The notes: generated from the sequence alone by a model not told the origin. A DNA stretch of 21,498 nt from a candidate division WOR-3 bacterium (GCA_965649205.1 CBFGJV010000028.1:1-21498), one strand, 5' to 3'. Counted from the stretch's first letter, positions 8,178 through 17,432 are shown. Program-made: numbers and translations.

Positions 8178-9441
8178 TTGGTTACGAGGGAAGAAGAAAC
8201 AGCCCAGAGTTTGTTGGCGGGAAAAGCATAAGATGAGGGAAAGGTCACGGCTGCCAGTCGCCGCGATGCGTCCGAATGGGCCCGTTGATTCCTGGTTGTT
8301 GTCTGTGGTTGTGACGTTGGCGATGGTAGGTTTGATGGTGGTGTATGCTGCAACCTATCATGAGGGCACGGAGCGAGTAGAAAGTCATTTGCTGCGTGCG
8401 GTTTTTGGTCTTGTGGCACTGGCGGTGGGTATCAGGATGAGGCATACGGTGCTGGCCGGAAAATTAGGACAAGCACTTCTGTTTATAGTGCTGGTGCTGA
8501 TGTTGGTGACAGTAGTGGCCGGAAAAGCGGCCGGAGTGGCGCAGCGCTGGTTGCCTTTGCTGAAGAAACTGTCCATTCAGCCGGCCGAGATAGCCAAATT
8601 TGTTCTGCCCATATGGCTGGCGGGATATTTTGCCCGGCTTAAGGAAAGACCGGACAAGAATTGGAAACTTTGGTCGTCTCTGCTTATTCCGGGAGGCGTG
8701 GTTGCACTATTTTTGGGACTGACCGCAGCCCAGCCAGCAGTGGGTACGACGGCCATAATGGCTATGTCCGCGTTGATTATGTTTGTGGTAGCGGGCGTGA
8801 AGTTCCGTTATCTGGTGCCGACCGCATTACTGGCGGCAGTTGCGCTGGTAGTTCTGGTGTGGCGTGTGCCTTATGCACGGGAGCGCTGGCAGGAGTTTGT
8901 GGCCGGGCGCTGCTGGCAGCAGCAGCAGTCTTTGATTGCTCTTGGTTCTGGCGGACCCCTGGGCAAGGGTTTGGGAGAAGGGAAACAGAAATTTTACTTT
9001 CTTTCTAAACTGGATACGGATTTTGCCATTGCGTCGGTGAGCGAGGAATTCGGTTTTGTCGGCTCCTTGGCCATGTTCGTACTGTATGGTATTTTTCTTT
9101 TGCGCGGGATGCTGGTGGCGCGCAGAAGTCCGCATCACTTCGGTCAGTATCTGGCTTCCGGTATAGTAGTGACCATATTTCTGTATGCTCTGATACACGT
9201 GGCGGTGGCTCTGGGTTGGGCTCCGACTACAGGTCAACCGTTGCCTTTTGTTTCCTACGGGGGCTCAGCTCTGGTTACTAATCTTTTTGCGGCCGGAGTG
9301 TTATTGAACATATCCAGGTTTGCCAACTGCAGAGTGGAGGCATCGGCGGTGGCGCGTCTTGTTTCTGCCGGACGGCTGCGGACTCGTAGCCTGAAACGGC
9401 CCAGGCCGGTGCGCATCAGGATGCGCAGGGTGACAGGATGA
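8170..9441 (+). CDS. ftsW: SEDS peptidoglycan polymerase FtsW
   Basis: TTG start after GGAGG; RWL, QPAEIAK, SGG..GKG.G.G.QK, TDF, EEFG, LPFVSYGGS; about 10 TM segments. Confidence 0.93.
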   Translation: MLSWLRGKKKQPRVCWREKHKMRERSRLPVAAMRPNGPVDSWLLSVVVTLAMVGLMVVYAATYHEGTERVESHLLRAVFGLVALAVGIRMRHTVLAGKLGQALLFIVLVLMLVTVVAGKAAGVAQRWLPLLKKLSIQPAEIAKFVLPIWLAGYFARLKERPDKNWKLWSSLLIPGGVVALFLGLTAAQPAVGTTAIMAMSALIMFVVAGVKFRYLVPTALLAAVALVVLVWRVPYARERWQEFVAGRCWQQQQSLIALGSGGPLGKGLGEGKQKFYFLSKLDTDFAIASVSEEFGFVGSLAMFVLYGIFLLRGMLVARRSPHHFGQYLASGIVVTIFLYALIHVAVALGWAPTTGQPLPFVSYGGSALVTNLFAAGVLLNISRFANCRVEASAVARLVSAGRLRTRSLKRPRPVRIRMRRVTG

Positions 9442-10559
9442 GGATTATGGTTGCCGCAGGAGGGACAGGTGGCCATGTTTTCCCGGCTCTGGCTGTCGCC
9501 AGGGAGCTGGTGAAGCAGGGAGTAGAAGTGTTGTGGTTAGGTCGAGAGGCCAGCCTGGAGCAGCAGTGTGCCGACAAGTACGGCATCGGTTTTCGAGCAG
9601 TGCCAGCTTCCGGTTTTTCCGGAATGAGTTTGGAGAGAAAACTGAAGTCACTACTAACGACTCTGGTGGGAGTTGTCAAGTCTGTGCGGATTCTGTCGTT
9701 TTGGCAACCGGATGCCCTGATTGCCTGTGGTGGTTATGTGAGTCTCTCCCCACTGGTGGCCGCGTTTCTCCACGGCAAGCCGTATTTTCTTCTGGAGCAG
9801 AATCGTGTCCCTGGCCGGGTCACACGTCTGTTCCTGAAGAAGGCAAAGGAGTGTTTCTATGCCTTTCCTCCTGCAGTCGGAGCAAGAGACAGAATGAAGA
9901 GGACCGACACATTCCAGGAGAAGGGGTCTAACTGGCAGGTGTGCGGTAATCCTTTGCGTGAAGAGATGTTTCCGACAAGAAGAGAAGATGACGGTCGGAC
10001 GGTGCTGGTGTTGGGCGGCAGTGGTGGAGCGCGGGCTTTGACTTTGGCTGCTCTGGACGCGGCCGCAGCGCTGGCCAATCTGCACTTTATCGTTGTGACC
10101 GGCCGGAGGGATTTTGAATTGGCCAAGACTTTGGTACGCTCCCGAAACGTGGAGCTGGTTGAGTTTACGGAACGGCCCGAAGAGTTGTATCGTCGGGCTA
10201 CGATAGCTGTGTCCCGGGCAGGTGGCATGGTTCTGTCAGAGCTCACTGCCTTCGGCATACCTGCCATCCTCGTGCCCTTCCCTTACGCGACTGACCGACA
10301 CCAGGAAGCAAATGCATATTATCTGGAGTCGGTTGGCGCGGCCATGGTGCTCGACCAGGGCCGCCTGTCCGGGCTCACATCGGTGGTCAAGTCTCTGTTA
10401 GACGACGAGGAACGACGTAGGTCCATGCAGCAAGCGGCGCTGGCTGTAGCCCGGCCGGATGCTGCCCGAGTCATAGTAGGACGCATTTTGGACCTGTTGG
10501 GAACAGAAGACGCAAGAAAAATAGACGAGAATAGAGGGAGAACGTGTTTGGTCGTCTAA
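9438..10559 (+). CDS. murG: Undecaprenyl-PP-MurNAc-pentapeptide GlcNAc transferase
   Basis: GGTGGHVFP, GGYVS, EQN..PG, GNPLR, GGS.GA, SRAG, HQEANA. Confidence 0.96.
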   Translation: MRIMVAAGGTGGHVFPALAVARELVKQGVEVLWLGREASLEQQCADKYGIGFRAVPASGFSGMSLERKLKSLLTTLVGVVKSVRILSFWQPDALIACGGYVSLSPLVAAFLHGKPYFLLEQNRVPGRVTRLFLKKAKECFYAFPPAVGARDRMKRTDTFQEKGSNWQVCGNPLREEMFPTRREDDGRTVLVLGGSGGARALTLAALDAAAALANLHFIVVTGRRDFELAKTLVRSRNVELVEFTERPEELYRRATIAVSRAGGMVLSELTAFGIPAILVPFPYATDRHQEANAYYLESVGAAMVLDQGRLSGLTSVVKSLLDDEERRRSMQQAALAVARPDAARVIVGRILDLLGTEDARKIDENRGRTCLVV

Positions 10560-11917
10560 AAAGAATTCATTTCATTGGCGTGGGCGGCGTAGGAATGAGT
10601 GGTATCGCCCTGGTGTTGAAGAATCTGGGCTTTGAAGTGTCTGGTTCAGATTTGCAGGAGAGCGATACCACGCGGCGTCTGGCCGAAGCTGGGGTGCGCG
10701 TTTTCATCGGACATGCTCCGGAAAATCTAGGTGAGGCAGAAGTGGCTGTGTTTTCCACGGCTGTTTCCGCGGATAATCCAGAACTTGTTGCAGCGCGAGA
10801 ACGAGGTATCCCCATAATCCGGCGGGCAGAGATGCTGGCGGAGCTAATGAGGATGAAGTTTGCCATTGCGGTTTCGGGAAGTCACGGCAAGACCACGGTA
10901 ACTTCTCTTGTAGGTCACATCCTGGAAAGGGCGGCAATGGACCCGACGCTGGTTATCGGCGGTCGGGTTATGGGAAGTGCGGATGGGTCGCGATTGGGTA
11001 AGTCCGAGTACCTGGTAGCAGAGGCGGATGAAAGCGACCGTTCCTTTCTGGTGCTTTACCCGGCAGTGGCGGTGGTTACCAATATAGAAGCAGAACATCT
11101 GGATTTCTACAAGGACCTGTCGGACCTGAAGCGGGAATTCACTCGTTTTGTGAATCGGGTACCTTTCTATGGCAGTGTGGTGCTGTGTTTGGATTCGGCG
11201 GGCTGCCGTTCAATTCTAAAGAGAATCAAGCGCCGGGTGGTAACCTACGGATTGGAAACACCGGCTGACTTCAGAGCCAGAGACGTACAGCTTTATTCTT
11301 TCTCTTCTGCGTTCACTCTGCTTTATCAGGGTAAGGAAGCTGGAAGGTTCAGTCTAGGAATGGCTGGCAGGCACAACGTGGTCAATGCGCTTGCCGCAAT
11401 AGCTGTGGGGGTGGAGCTGGGGATAGATTTTCGCACCCTGGAGCAAGCCTTAGCCACATTTGCCGGTGTGCATCGGCGGTTGGAAAGAAAGGGCGAGAAA
11501 AGAGGAATTACCGTTTACGACGACTACGGGCATCACCCAACCGAAATAAAGGTGACTTTGGAGGCTTTGAGACACGCCTATCCCAAAAGCCGGCTCTGGG
11601 TGGTGTTTCAACCACACCGCTATACCCGTACAAAGTTTCTTGCCGCTGAGTTCGGCACCGCCTTTGATGCGGCTGATGTTGTGGTAATAACCGGTTTGTA
11701 TGCGGCGTCAGAACCGCCTATTCCGGGGGTGGATGAGAATTTGATCATAGAACAGATAAGAATGCGGGGCAGGCAGGGGTTGGTTTTGTATCACGTTCCT
11801 GACCTTGCCGACATAGCTGATTTTGTGCAGGAGCGGGCCAGACCTGGCGATGTGGTTCTCACCCTGGGAGCGGGAAGTATATGGAAGATTGGCGAAGAGA
11901 TTTTGTCGAAACTGTGA
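10544..11917 (+). CDS. murC: UDP-MurNAc:L-alanine ligase
   Basis: GTG start; HFIGVGGVGMSGIA, GSHGKTT, EADESD, DDYGHHPTEI, FQPHRYTRT. Confidence 0.98.
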   Translation: MFGRLKRIHFIGVGGVGMSGIALVLKNLGFEVSGSDLQESDTTRRLAEAGVRVFIGHAPENLGEAEVAVFSTAVSADNPELVAARERGIPIIRRAEMLAELMRMKFAIAVSGSHGKTTVTSLVGHILERAAMDPTLVIGGRVMGSADGSRLGKSEYLVAEADESDRSFLVLYPAVAVVTNIEAEHLDFYKDLSDLKREFTRFVNRVPFYGSVVLCLDSAGCRSILKRIKRRVVTYGLETPADFRARDVQLYSFSSAFTLLYQGKEAGRFSLGMAGRHNVVNALAAIAVGVELGIDFRTLEQALATFAGVHRRLERKGEKRGITVYDDYGHHPTEIKVTLEALRHAYPKSRLWVVFQPHRYTRTKFLAAEFGTAFDAADVVVITGLYAASEPPIPGVDENLIIEQIRMRGRQGLVLYHVPDLADIADFVQERARPGDVVLTLGAGSIWKIGEEILSKL

Positions 11918-12846
11918 GAAGTTGTTTGGACACAGCTGTTGTTTGTGAACGAGGCAGCGGTCAATCGAAACTAGTGTTCGATGAGCGATTGAGCCGGCAT
12001 ACTACTTTCCGTATCGGCGGTCCGGCAGAGGTGTGGATGGAGGTAGCAGAGGAGGAAACACTCCTCCGGGTGGGCGAATTTTGCAAACAGAGAGGCGTGC
12101 CATGGTGGATACTGGGCAAAGGGTCTAATGTACTTGTTTCTGATGCCGGCTTGCAGGGAGTGGTTATTCACCTTGTCGGTGTCTTTCGTCGTATCGCCGT
12201 TGAACGCGATAGTGAGAAGAAAGGCGTGAATAAGGTTCTTGTTCGGGTTGGAGCAGGAGCTTTCCTTGACGACATTGCTCAGTATACAGTTGAGTGCGGG
12301 CTCACGGGAGCCGAATTTCTGGCCGGAATACCGGGCACGGCGGGCGGAGCGCTGCGCACCAATGCCGGTGCCTTTGGCCGCATGCTGTCAGACATTCTCA
12401 GGGCGGTACTGGTTCTGGACACAGACGGCAAGAAAATACGTATTGAGGCAGAGGAATTGGGGCGTTGTTACCGACAACCGGTTATTGAGGCTGGACTGAT
12501 GGCATTGGAACTTGAGCTGGAACTAGTATGGGGCCGAGGGCCGAGTCTTGACGAAATTCGTCAGCGACGCAGGGAAAAGCAACCCTCTGAGCCTTCTGCC
12601 GGTTCTTTTTTCAAAAATCCCCTGCTTGGTGGCATGCGCGTCCCTGCGGGCAGGCTAATTGAGGAATGTGGATTGAAGGGAAGGAGAATTGGAGGCGCCC
12701 AGGTTTCAGAGAAACACGCCAATTTCATTGTAAACACCGGCAACGCCAAAGCAGTTGAAGTTTATGAACTGGCTCAGATAGTGCGGGCCAATGTGGAAGA
12801 GAAGAAAGGCGTGTCGTTGGAACCGGAAGTACAGGTTTTGCCCTGA
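11914..12846 (+). CDS. murB: UDP-N-acetylenolpyruvoylglucosamine reductase
   Basis: HTTFRIGGPA, GKGSNVL, GIPGT.GGA..NAGAFG, SAGSFFKNP, HANFIVN, LEPEV; start placed at GTG 11914 (GTGA overlap with the murC stop), ATG 11881 is the alternative. Confidence 0.95.
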   Translation: MRSCLDTAVVCERGSGQSKLVFDERLSRHTTFRIGGPAEVWMEVAEEETLLRVGEFCKQRGVPWWILGKGSNVLVSDAGLQGVVIHLVGVFRRIAVERDSEKKGVNKVLVRVGAGAFLDDIAQYTVECGLTGAEFLAGIPGTAGGALRTNAGAFGRMLSDILRAVLVLDTDGKKIRIEAEELGRCYRQPVIEAGLMALELELELVWGRGPSLDEIRQRRREKQPSEPSAGSFFKNPLLGGMRVPAGRLIEECGLKGRRIGGAQVSEKHANFIVNTGNAKAVEVYELAQIVRANVEEKKGVSLEPEVQVLP

Positions 12847-12882
12847 TGAGTAATTTTGAAGTAATTCCCGGAGGTGACCACC

Positions 12883-14103
12883 ATGGCTAAATTGAAACGG
12901 ACCGCAGCTATAGATATAGGGACTACCAAAATAGCCTGTGTAGTGGCAGAAACCGATACTGCCAACAAAACGACCATTGTTGGATATGGCACGGCTCCTC
13001 CAAAAGGTTTCAAACAGGGCTTGGTGGTTAATCTGGGTGATGCAACCGAGTCAGTCGCTGCGGCAGTGTCAGCTGCAGAAGCTCAGTGTGGGGGAAAGCT
13101 GAGAGCCTACAGAACGTATGTAGGAATTTCCGGAGAGCAAGTGGAATACCTGCCAGGAGTTGGGGCTATTCCGGTGCGCAAGCCTTCCAGTGGTATCAGC
13201 CAGAGAGATTTAGAAGACGTGATGAGGCAGGCGCAGACAGTCAGGCTGTCTAATGATAAACAGATACTACACGTCATACCTACCCAGTTTATAGTCGACG
13301 ACCAGAAGGGGATACGTGATCCTTTGAATCTTTACGGGGTCAAACTGGGCGTAGAAGCATTGCTGGCCATTGCTCCGGTGACAGTAGTGGAAAACGTGGA
13401 ACGGGTACTTCAAGGGTTGGACATTAGAAATCGCTTTCTAGTCCTGCAGTCATTAGCCTGCTCTTTTGCCAGCTGCGGAGAGGATGATAAGGAGTTAGGT
13501 TGTGCGCTGTTGGATTTGGGTGGCGTGGCGGATTTGTCTGTGTATCGAGAGGGCGAACTTCATTTTGCCAAGACTTTGCCTGTTGGTGCTGCAAATATAA
13601 CCAGGGATGTGACTGTGGGGCTGCGTACTACGTTCGCACAGGCAGAAGAGATGATACGCGAACACGGAGTCGCTCAGGGTTCAATGCTGGCGAAGGACGA
13701 GGTGCTCACGGTAGTAGATGCGTCTGGCCGAGGCACAAAGCAGGTGTCAAAGCGACTCCTTGCTTCCATTATTGAGGCAAGAGTGGCTGAAATTTTCGAT
13801 CTGGTCAACAAAGAGCTACACGCCAATAATTTTGCTAACAGTCTGCCTGGCGGCATGATTCTTACGGGCGGAGGTTCTCTGCTTAAGGGTATCGACAGGC
13901 TGGCGGAGCAGACAATCGGTATGCCGGTGAAAATGAGCAGACCAGATCGGTACGCAGGGCCACAGGAAGTCACACAGAATCCTGTCTTCGCGACGGCTGT
14001 GGGTTTGATTGCTTACGGATTAGAAGGTCGTTACTTTTATGAGATAACACCCCCGGGTGTGTTGTCGCGAATTCTGGATGAGATAAAGGGATGGTTTTCA
14101 TGA
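12883..14103 (+). CDS. ftsA: Cell division protein FtsA
   Basis: DIGTTKI, LTGGGS, C-terminal amphipathic helix VLSRILDEIKGWFS; ATG 12883 preferred because GGAGGTGA SD lies at 12870-12877. Confidence 0.95.
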   Translation: MAKLKRTAAIDIGTTKIACVVAETDTANKTTIVGYGTAPPKGFKQGLVVNLGDATESVAAAVSAAEAQCGGKLRAYRTYVGISGEQVEYLPGVGAIPVRKPSSGISQRDLEDVMRQAQTVRLSNDKQILHVIPTQFIVDDQKGIRDPLNLYGVKLGVEALLAIAPVTVVENVERVLQGLDIRNRFLVLQSLACSFASCGEDDKELGCALLDLGGVADLSVYREGELHFAKTLPVGAANITRDVTVGLRTTFAQAEEMIREHGVAQGSMLAKDEVLTVVDASGRGTKQVSKRLLASIIEARVAEIFDLVNKELHANNFANSLPGGMILTGGGSLLKGIDRLAEQTIGMPVKMSRPDRYAGPQEVTQNPVFATAVGLIAYGLEGRYFYEITPPGVLSRILDEIKGWFS

Positions 14104-14152
14104 TAATAAACAAAGGTAGTTCGGTAAGTCTAACTTTATTAGGAGGCATCGC

Positions 14153-15250
14153 ATGATCGCACCTGTAGAAGATAGAAAACTGGCTCGTATAGGCGTGTTC
14201 GGAATAGGCGGAGCCGGCGGCAACGCCGTTACGCATATGATTGAGGCAGGTCTGACTGATGTCGAGTTTTATGCCGTCAATACGGACCTGCAGGCTCTGT
14301 CGATGACTGCCACAGCTAATAAAATTCAGATAGGCGCACAGCTCACCGGCGGGCTGGGTTCTGGTGGCGACCCCAGTATCGGACGCCAGGCGGCAGAGGA
14401 GTCAATCGAGGCGATTCGGGAGCACGTGTCTGGATTTGATATGGTGTTCATAGCCGCAGGGGAAGGGGGAGGCACAGGGACAGGTGCAGCACCCGTTGTA
14501 GCTGAGACCGCGAAAAATCAGGGGGCACTGGTGGTGGCGGTTGTTACTCGACCGTTTGATTTTGAGGGGAAAGTGCGGCAACGTAAAGCAGTGGAAGGAA
14601 TAGAACAACTGCGGGCTTGCGTGGATACACTCATTGTCCTGCCTAATCAGCGTATCCTGGAGATGTACGGACACGAGCCCTGTTTTGAGGCCTTCCGAAT
14701 GGCGGATGACGTATTGCTGAATGCAGTCAGAGGGATAGCGGAAATTGTTACCTCCCGGCAGATGATCAACATTGACTTTGCCGATGTACGGGCGGTAATG
14801 GCCGAACGCGGGGGAGCGGTCATGAGCGTGGGAGAGGCTAACGGTGAGGGCCGGGCGGCAGAGGCTGCACACCGGGCTTTGAATTCGCCCCTGATAGAGA
14901 ACGTTTGTATCGAGACAGCGCGAAAGATTCTGCTGAATATCGCTGGCGATTCACGTATGACGCTTAAAGATGTAGAAGAGGTTGCCTCTACCATATATCA
15001 CGCCACAAATGGGCAAGCTGATATCAGGATGGGTGCTTCGCGGAATAAGAGTCAGAAAGAAGGAATCAGAGTCACACTGATTGCTACAGGACTTTCCCAG
15101 CCCTTACCCAGATTTGAAGACGTCAGCGACCTGCTTACTGATGCCGACCTGTTTCCTACCCGGAAACGTAGGCTGGGGAAGAATGGTGAGCTTGTAGTGG
15201 ATCGCAACGACTTGGAGATACCTACTTTTCTCCGCCGGAGTCTGGACTAG
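14153..15250 (+). CDS. ftsZ: Cell division protein FtsZ
   Basis: AGGAGG SD; GIGGAGGNAV, NTD.QAL, GEGGGTGTG, PFDFEG, NIDFADV, C-terminal DLEIPTFLRR. Confidence 0.99.
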   Translation: MIAPVEDRKLARIGVFGIGGAGGNAVTHMIEAGLTDVEFYAVNTDLQALSMTATANKIQIGAQLTGGLGSGGDPSIGRQAAEESIEAIREHVSGFDMVFIAAGEGGGTGTGAAPVVAETAKNQGALVVAVVTRPFDFEGKVRQRKAVEGIEQLRACVDTLIVLPNQRILEMYGHEPCFEAFRMADDVLLNAVRGIAEIVTSRQMINIDFADVRAVMAERGGAVMSVGEANGEGRAAEAAHRALNSPLIENVCIETARKILLNIAGDSRMTLKDVEEVASTIYHATNGQADIRMGASRNKSQKEGIRVTLIATGLSQPLPRFEDVSDLLTDADLFPTRKRRLGKNGELVVDRNDLEIPTFLRRSLD

Positions 15251-15295
15251 GCGAAGCTGGAATTCTCTTCGCGGGAGGAAGGTCTGGAAGACGAC

Positions 15296-15952
15296 GTGAG
15301 AAAACGAACCCGGCACGCTACCAAGCTGTCGGTTGCTTTTTTGCAAAGCTATGCTCTGATGGCGTTGGTTGTCTTGATAGGTTGCCGTCGGACTAGCGGA
15401 GTTGACTATTTTCCCCTGGTAGCAGGCACCAAGAGTTATATGAAGATAGTCACTCGTACTGTCACGGGTTCGGACACCAGCTGGAAGACAGAAGTGCGTT
15501 TAGTCTCAGTTGTGCTGGGAATGAGAAAAATACCAGGTTTAGGTCGAGTTTGGGTTGTGGAAACACCGCACGATTCGGGTATTGTCGCCCATACTTACTT
15601 TCGTCGTACACCTAGGTCGGTTCTGCAGCTGATTCCAAGAAAGGGTAAACCGCCGGCAGAACTGCTCTTTCTATCTTTGCCTCTGGAAAAAGGCAAGCAC
15701 TGGTATGACAGCCCGGAAAAACAGCAGACATTTGAGGTGGTAGGACAAGAGACTCTAAGACTGGAGGCCGGCGTGTTCCCTGACTGCTTCAAGATAGCAT
15801 CAGTGCACTCAGAGATAGATTGGGCTATGCATCAGTGGTTTGCGCCAGGGGTAGGGCCGGTCAAGTGGGAAAGCAGATTGGTGCGGACCAAGTCTGGAGT
15901 TACGCAGGAGCAGTATCGGGTTGCCGAACTAGTGAGGTACGAGAAACCCTGA
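15296..15952 (+). CDS. Putative lipoprotein, beta-rich, unknown function
   Basis: Basic N-terminus, hydrophobic stretch and lipobox-like LIG-C; PLEKGKHW, AGVFPDC, WFAPGVGPVK recall DUF3108-like exported proteins; start uncertain. Confidence 0.7.
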   Translation: MRKRTRHATKLSVAFLQSYALMALVVLIGCRRTSGVDYFPLVAGTKSYMKIVTRTVTGSDTSWKTEVRLVSVVLGMRKIPGLGRVWVVETPHDSGIVAHTYFRRTPRSVLQLIPRKGKPPAELLFLSLPLEKGKHWYDSPEKQQTFEVVGQETLRLEAGVFPDCFKIASVHSEIDWAMHQWFAPGVGPVKWESRLVRTKSGVTQEQYRVAELVRYEKP

Positions 15953-16069
15953 GGCCGTATCAGGACTCTTGGACCGCAGGTTCTGCCAGAAGCGATAACT
16001 CGGGTATTTACCGTGAGGCTGGGCCACATTTAGAGGTGCCCGATTGACTACGGGGACTGGCGAGGCAGA

Positions 16070-16801
16070 ATGCCACAAAGAAAGGTAATTGTGAGCTGTC
16101 CGAAGCACAGCCTGTCTGTCACATTTGCGTTGGCTGTGGTTCTAAGCGGCTGTGCTACTTTCGGCACGAACGAGACTGCCCGGACGATTCCGCCAGGCAA
16201 ATTCGCTTTCGGGGGTGCAGTCACGCCTGTTTTTGTGGCTCGCGGTGTAGACGAGAGAACTAGTTTTATATTCTTTCCTTTTCCGGAGTTGTATGGGAAG
16301 CTGGGCGTGAGCGACAAGTTCGAGGTTGGGATGCGTTGGGGATTCGGGCCGGGGGCTACCTTTACCTGCAAGTATTGCTTTGCTCGAAGAGAGGTGGATG
16401 CGGCATTCGCTGGTTATGGCTCCTTTTACGGCATGTCGGATGGAAGGTTCATGTATGGCGTCTACAGCGTTAGCCCGCGGGTTATCCTGAGCAACGAGGC
16501 TAAGGGTTCTTTTCCGTATGCGGTTAACACGGGTATCCAGTTTGCCGGCGTCACTGCGGGAGAAATTGGTTCCACAGTTTCCGGCAATGCACTTTCGGTG
16601 GTTGCCGGTGTGGGTCTGCCTTTTCGTCTGGGGTCTGAGCGAAGTCTGCGGGTAATGCCCGAGTTGTCTCTATCACTGCCGCTTTTTACGACCTTCGACC
16701 TCGGCAGTTATGGCGGGAGCAGTCAAAGTTTGCTGGGCAGTTTCACCGTTTGCGTTGGTATCGGACTTGGCTCTGTACCGCAGCGCTATGATATGAGGTG
16801 A
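16070..16801 (+). CDS. Putative lipoprotein with outer-membrane beta-barrel-like pattern
   Basis: Lipobox LSG-C, then alternating hydrophobic/Gly/aromatic strands (LYGKLGVSDKFEVGMRW, LRVMPELSLSL, FTVCVGIGLG). Confidence 0.65.
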   Translation: MPQRKVIVSCPKHSLSVTFALAVVLSGCATFGTNETARTIPPGKFAFGGAVTPVFVARGVDERTSFIFFPFPELYGKLGVSDKFEVGMRWGFGPGATFTCKYCFARREVDAAFAGYGSFYGMSDGRFMYGVYSVSPRVILSNEAKGSFPYAVNTGIQFAGVTAGEIGSTVSGNALSVVAGVGLPFRLGSERSLRVMPELSLSLPLFTTFDLGSYGGSSQSLLGSFTVCVGIGLGSVPQRYDMR

Positions 16802-16829
16802 TTTCGGCCCCAACATTCACATCGTCTAG

Positions 16830-17384
16830 TTGACCGATTCGTTCGGAGTGCTACCATCAAATATAGTGGCTAGGACCAATCCTTCTTCCAAGTGGAGCTT
16901 CTGGAGTTGGTACAAGTCCACCCATACAGAGAAGAATACCTTCGGTCAGCACTGGGTGGGGTTGTTCTTTGCCTATGTAATGCTGGACCTGCTGATGGTC
17001 GTTGCCGGGATGGGGGTACCTGTATTCTGTATTCTCTTAGGTGTGCCGGTGGGGGTGATAGGGGCTCGTCGGGCCGAGTATTTCCTGAGAGAAATCAGAG
17101 CGGCTATGCAGCGCGTCGTGCGTTATGCGCTATTGAGTTCGGGTATTACAATGGTGGCAATGGTTGTGGTATGGGGACGTTTGATCCCCGCTTGTTTTGG
17201 CGATGTGGGTCCTGCCTGCTATGGCATACCCCTAATACTTTTTGATCCTAAGGCTAGCTTGGTCGGTTGGTTGGTACTGATGATTATCATTGCGCCGCTC
17301 ATACAGTTTGTGGTTACTTTGGCCAGTGCGTTTCTGATTTTCCAGTTTCGTTTGCGCAAAGGATGGGGAACTTTCGGAAGTTGA
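16830..17384 (+). CDS. Hypothetical integral membrane protein (about 4 TM)
   Basis: Several long hydrophobic segments; TTG start uncertain. Confidence 0.6.
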   Translation: MTDSFGVLPSNIVARTNPSSKWSFWSWYKSTHTEKNTFGQHWVGLFFAYVMLDLLMVVAGMGVPVFCILLGVPVGVIGARRAEYFLREIRAAMQRVVRYALLSSGITMVAMVVVWGRLIPACFGDVGPACYGIPLILFDPKASLVGWLVLMIIIAPLIQFVVTLASAFLIFQFRLRKGWGTFGS

Positions 17385-17397
17385 CAGTAGTCATGCC

Positions 17398-17425
17398 TTG
17401 ACACTGCTTACATCGCGGCTAGCTT
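17398..17425 (+). promoter_or_regulatory. sigma70-type promoter for lspA and the cysteine desulfurase
   Basis: TTGACA 17398-17403, 16 bp, TAGCTT 17420-17425; ATG follows after 7 nt. Confidence 0.6.
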
Positions 17426-17432
17426 TTCTCAA

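Noticed and set aside
10014..10031. MurG GGSGGA instead of GGSQGA
   Set aside because: That position is variable across MurG proteins
12469..12480. MurB YRQP instead of YRxS
   Set aside because: The catalytic Arg, Ser (AGS) and Glu (EPE) remain; a single change is too weak to interpret
14453..14490. FtsZ signature AGEGGGTGTG instead of AGMGGGTGTG
   Set aside because: The Glu variant is known in functional FtsZ proteins such as actinobacterial ones
15251..15272. Hairpin after ftsZ as an intrinsic terminator
   Set aside because: 6-bp stem with a 10-nt loop and no following U-tract
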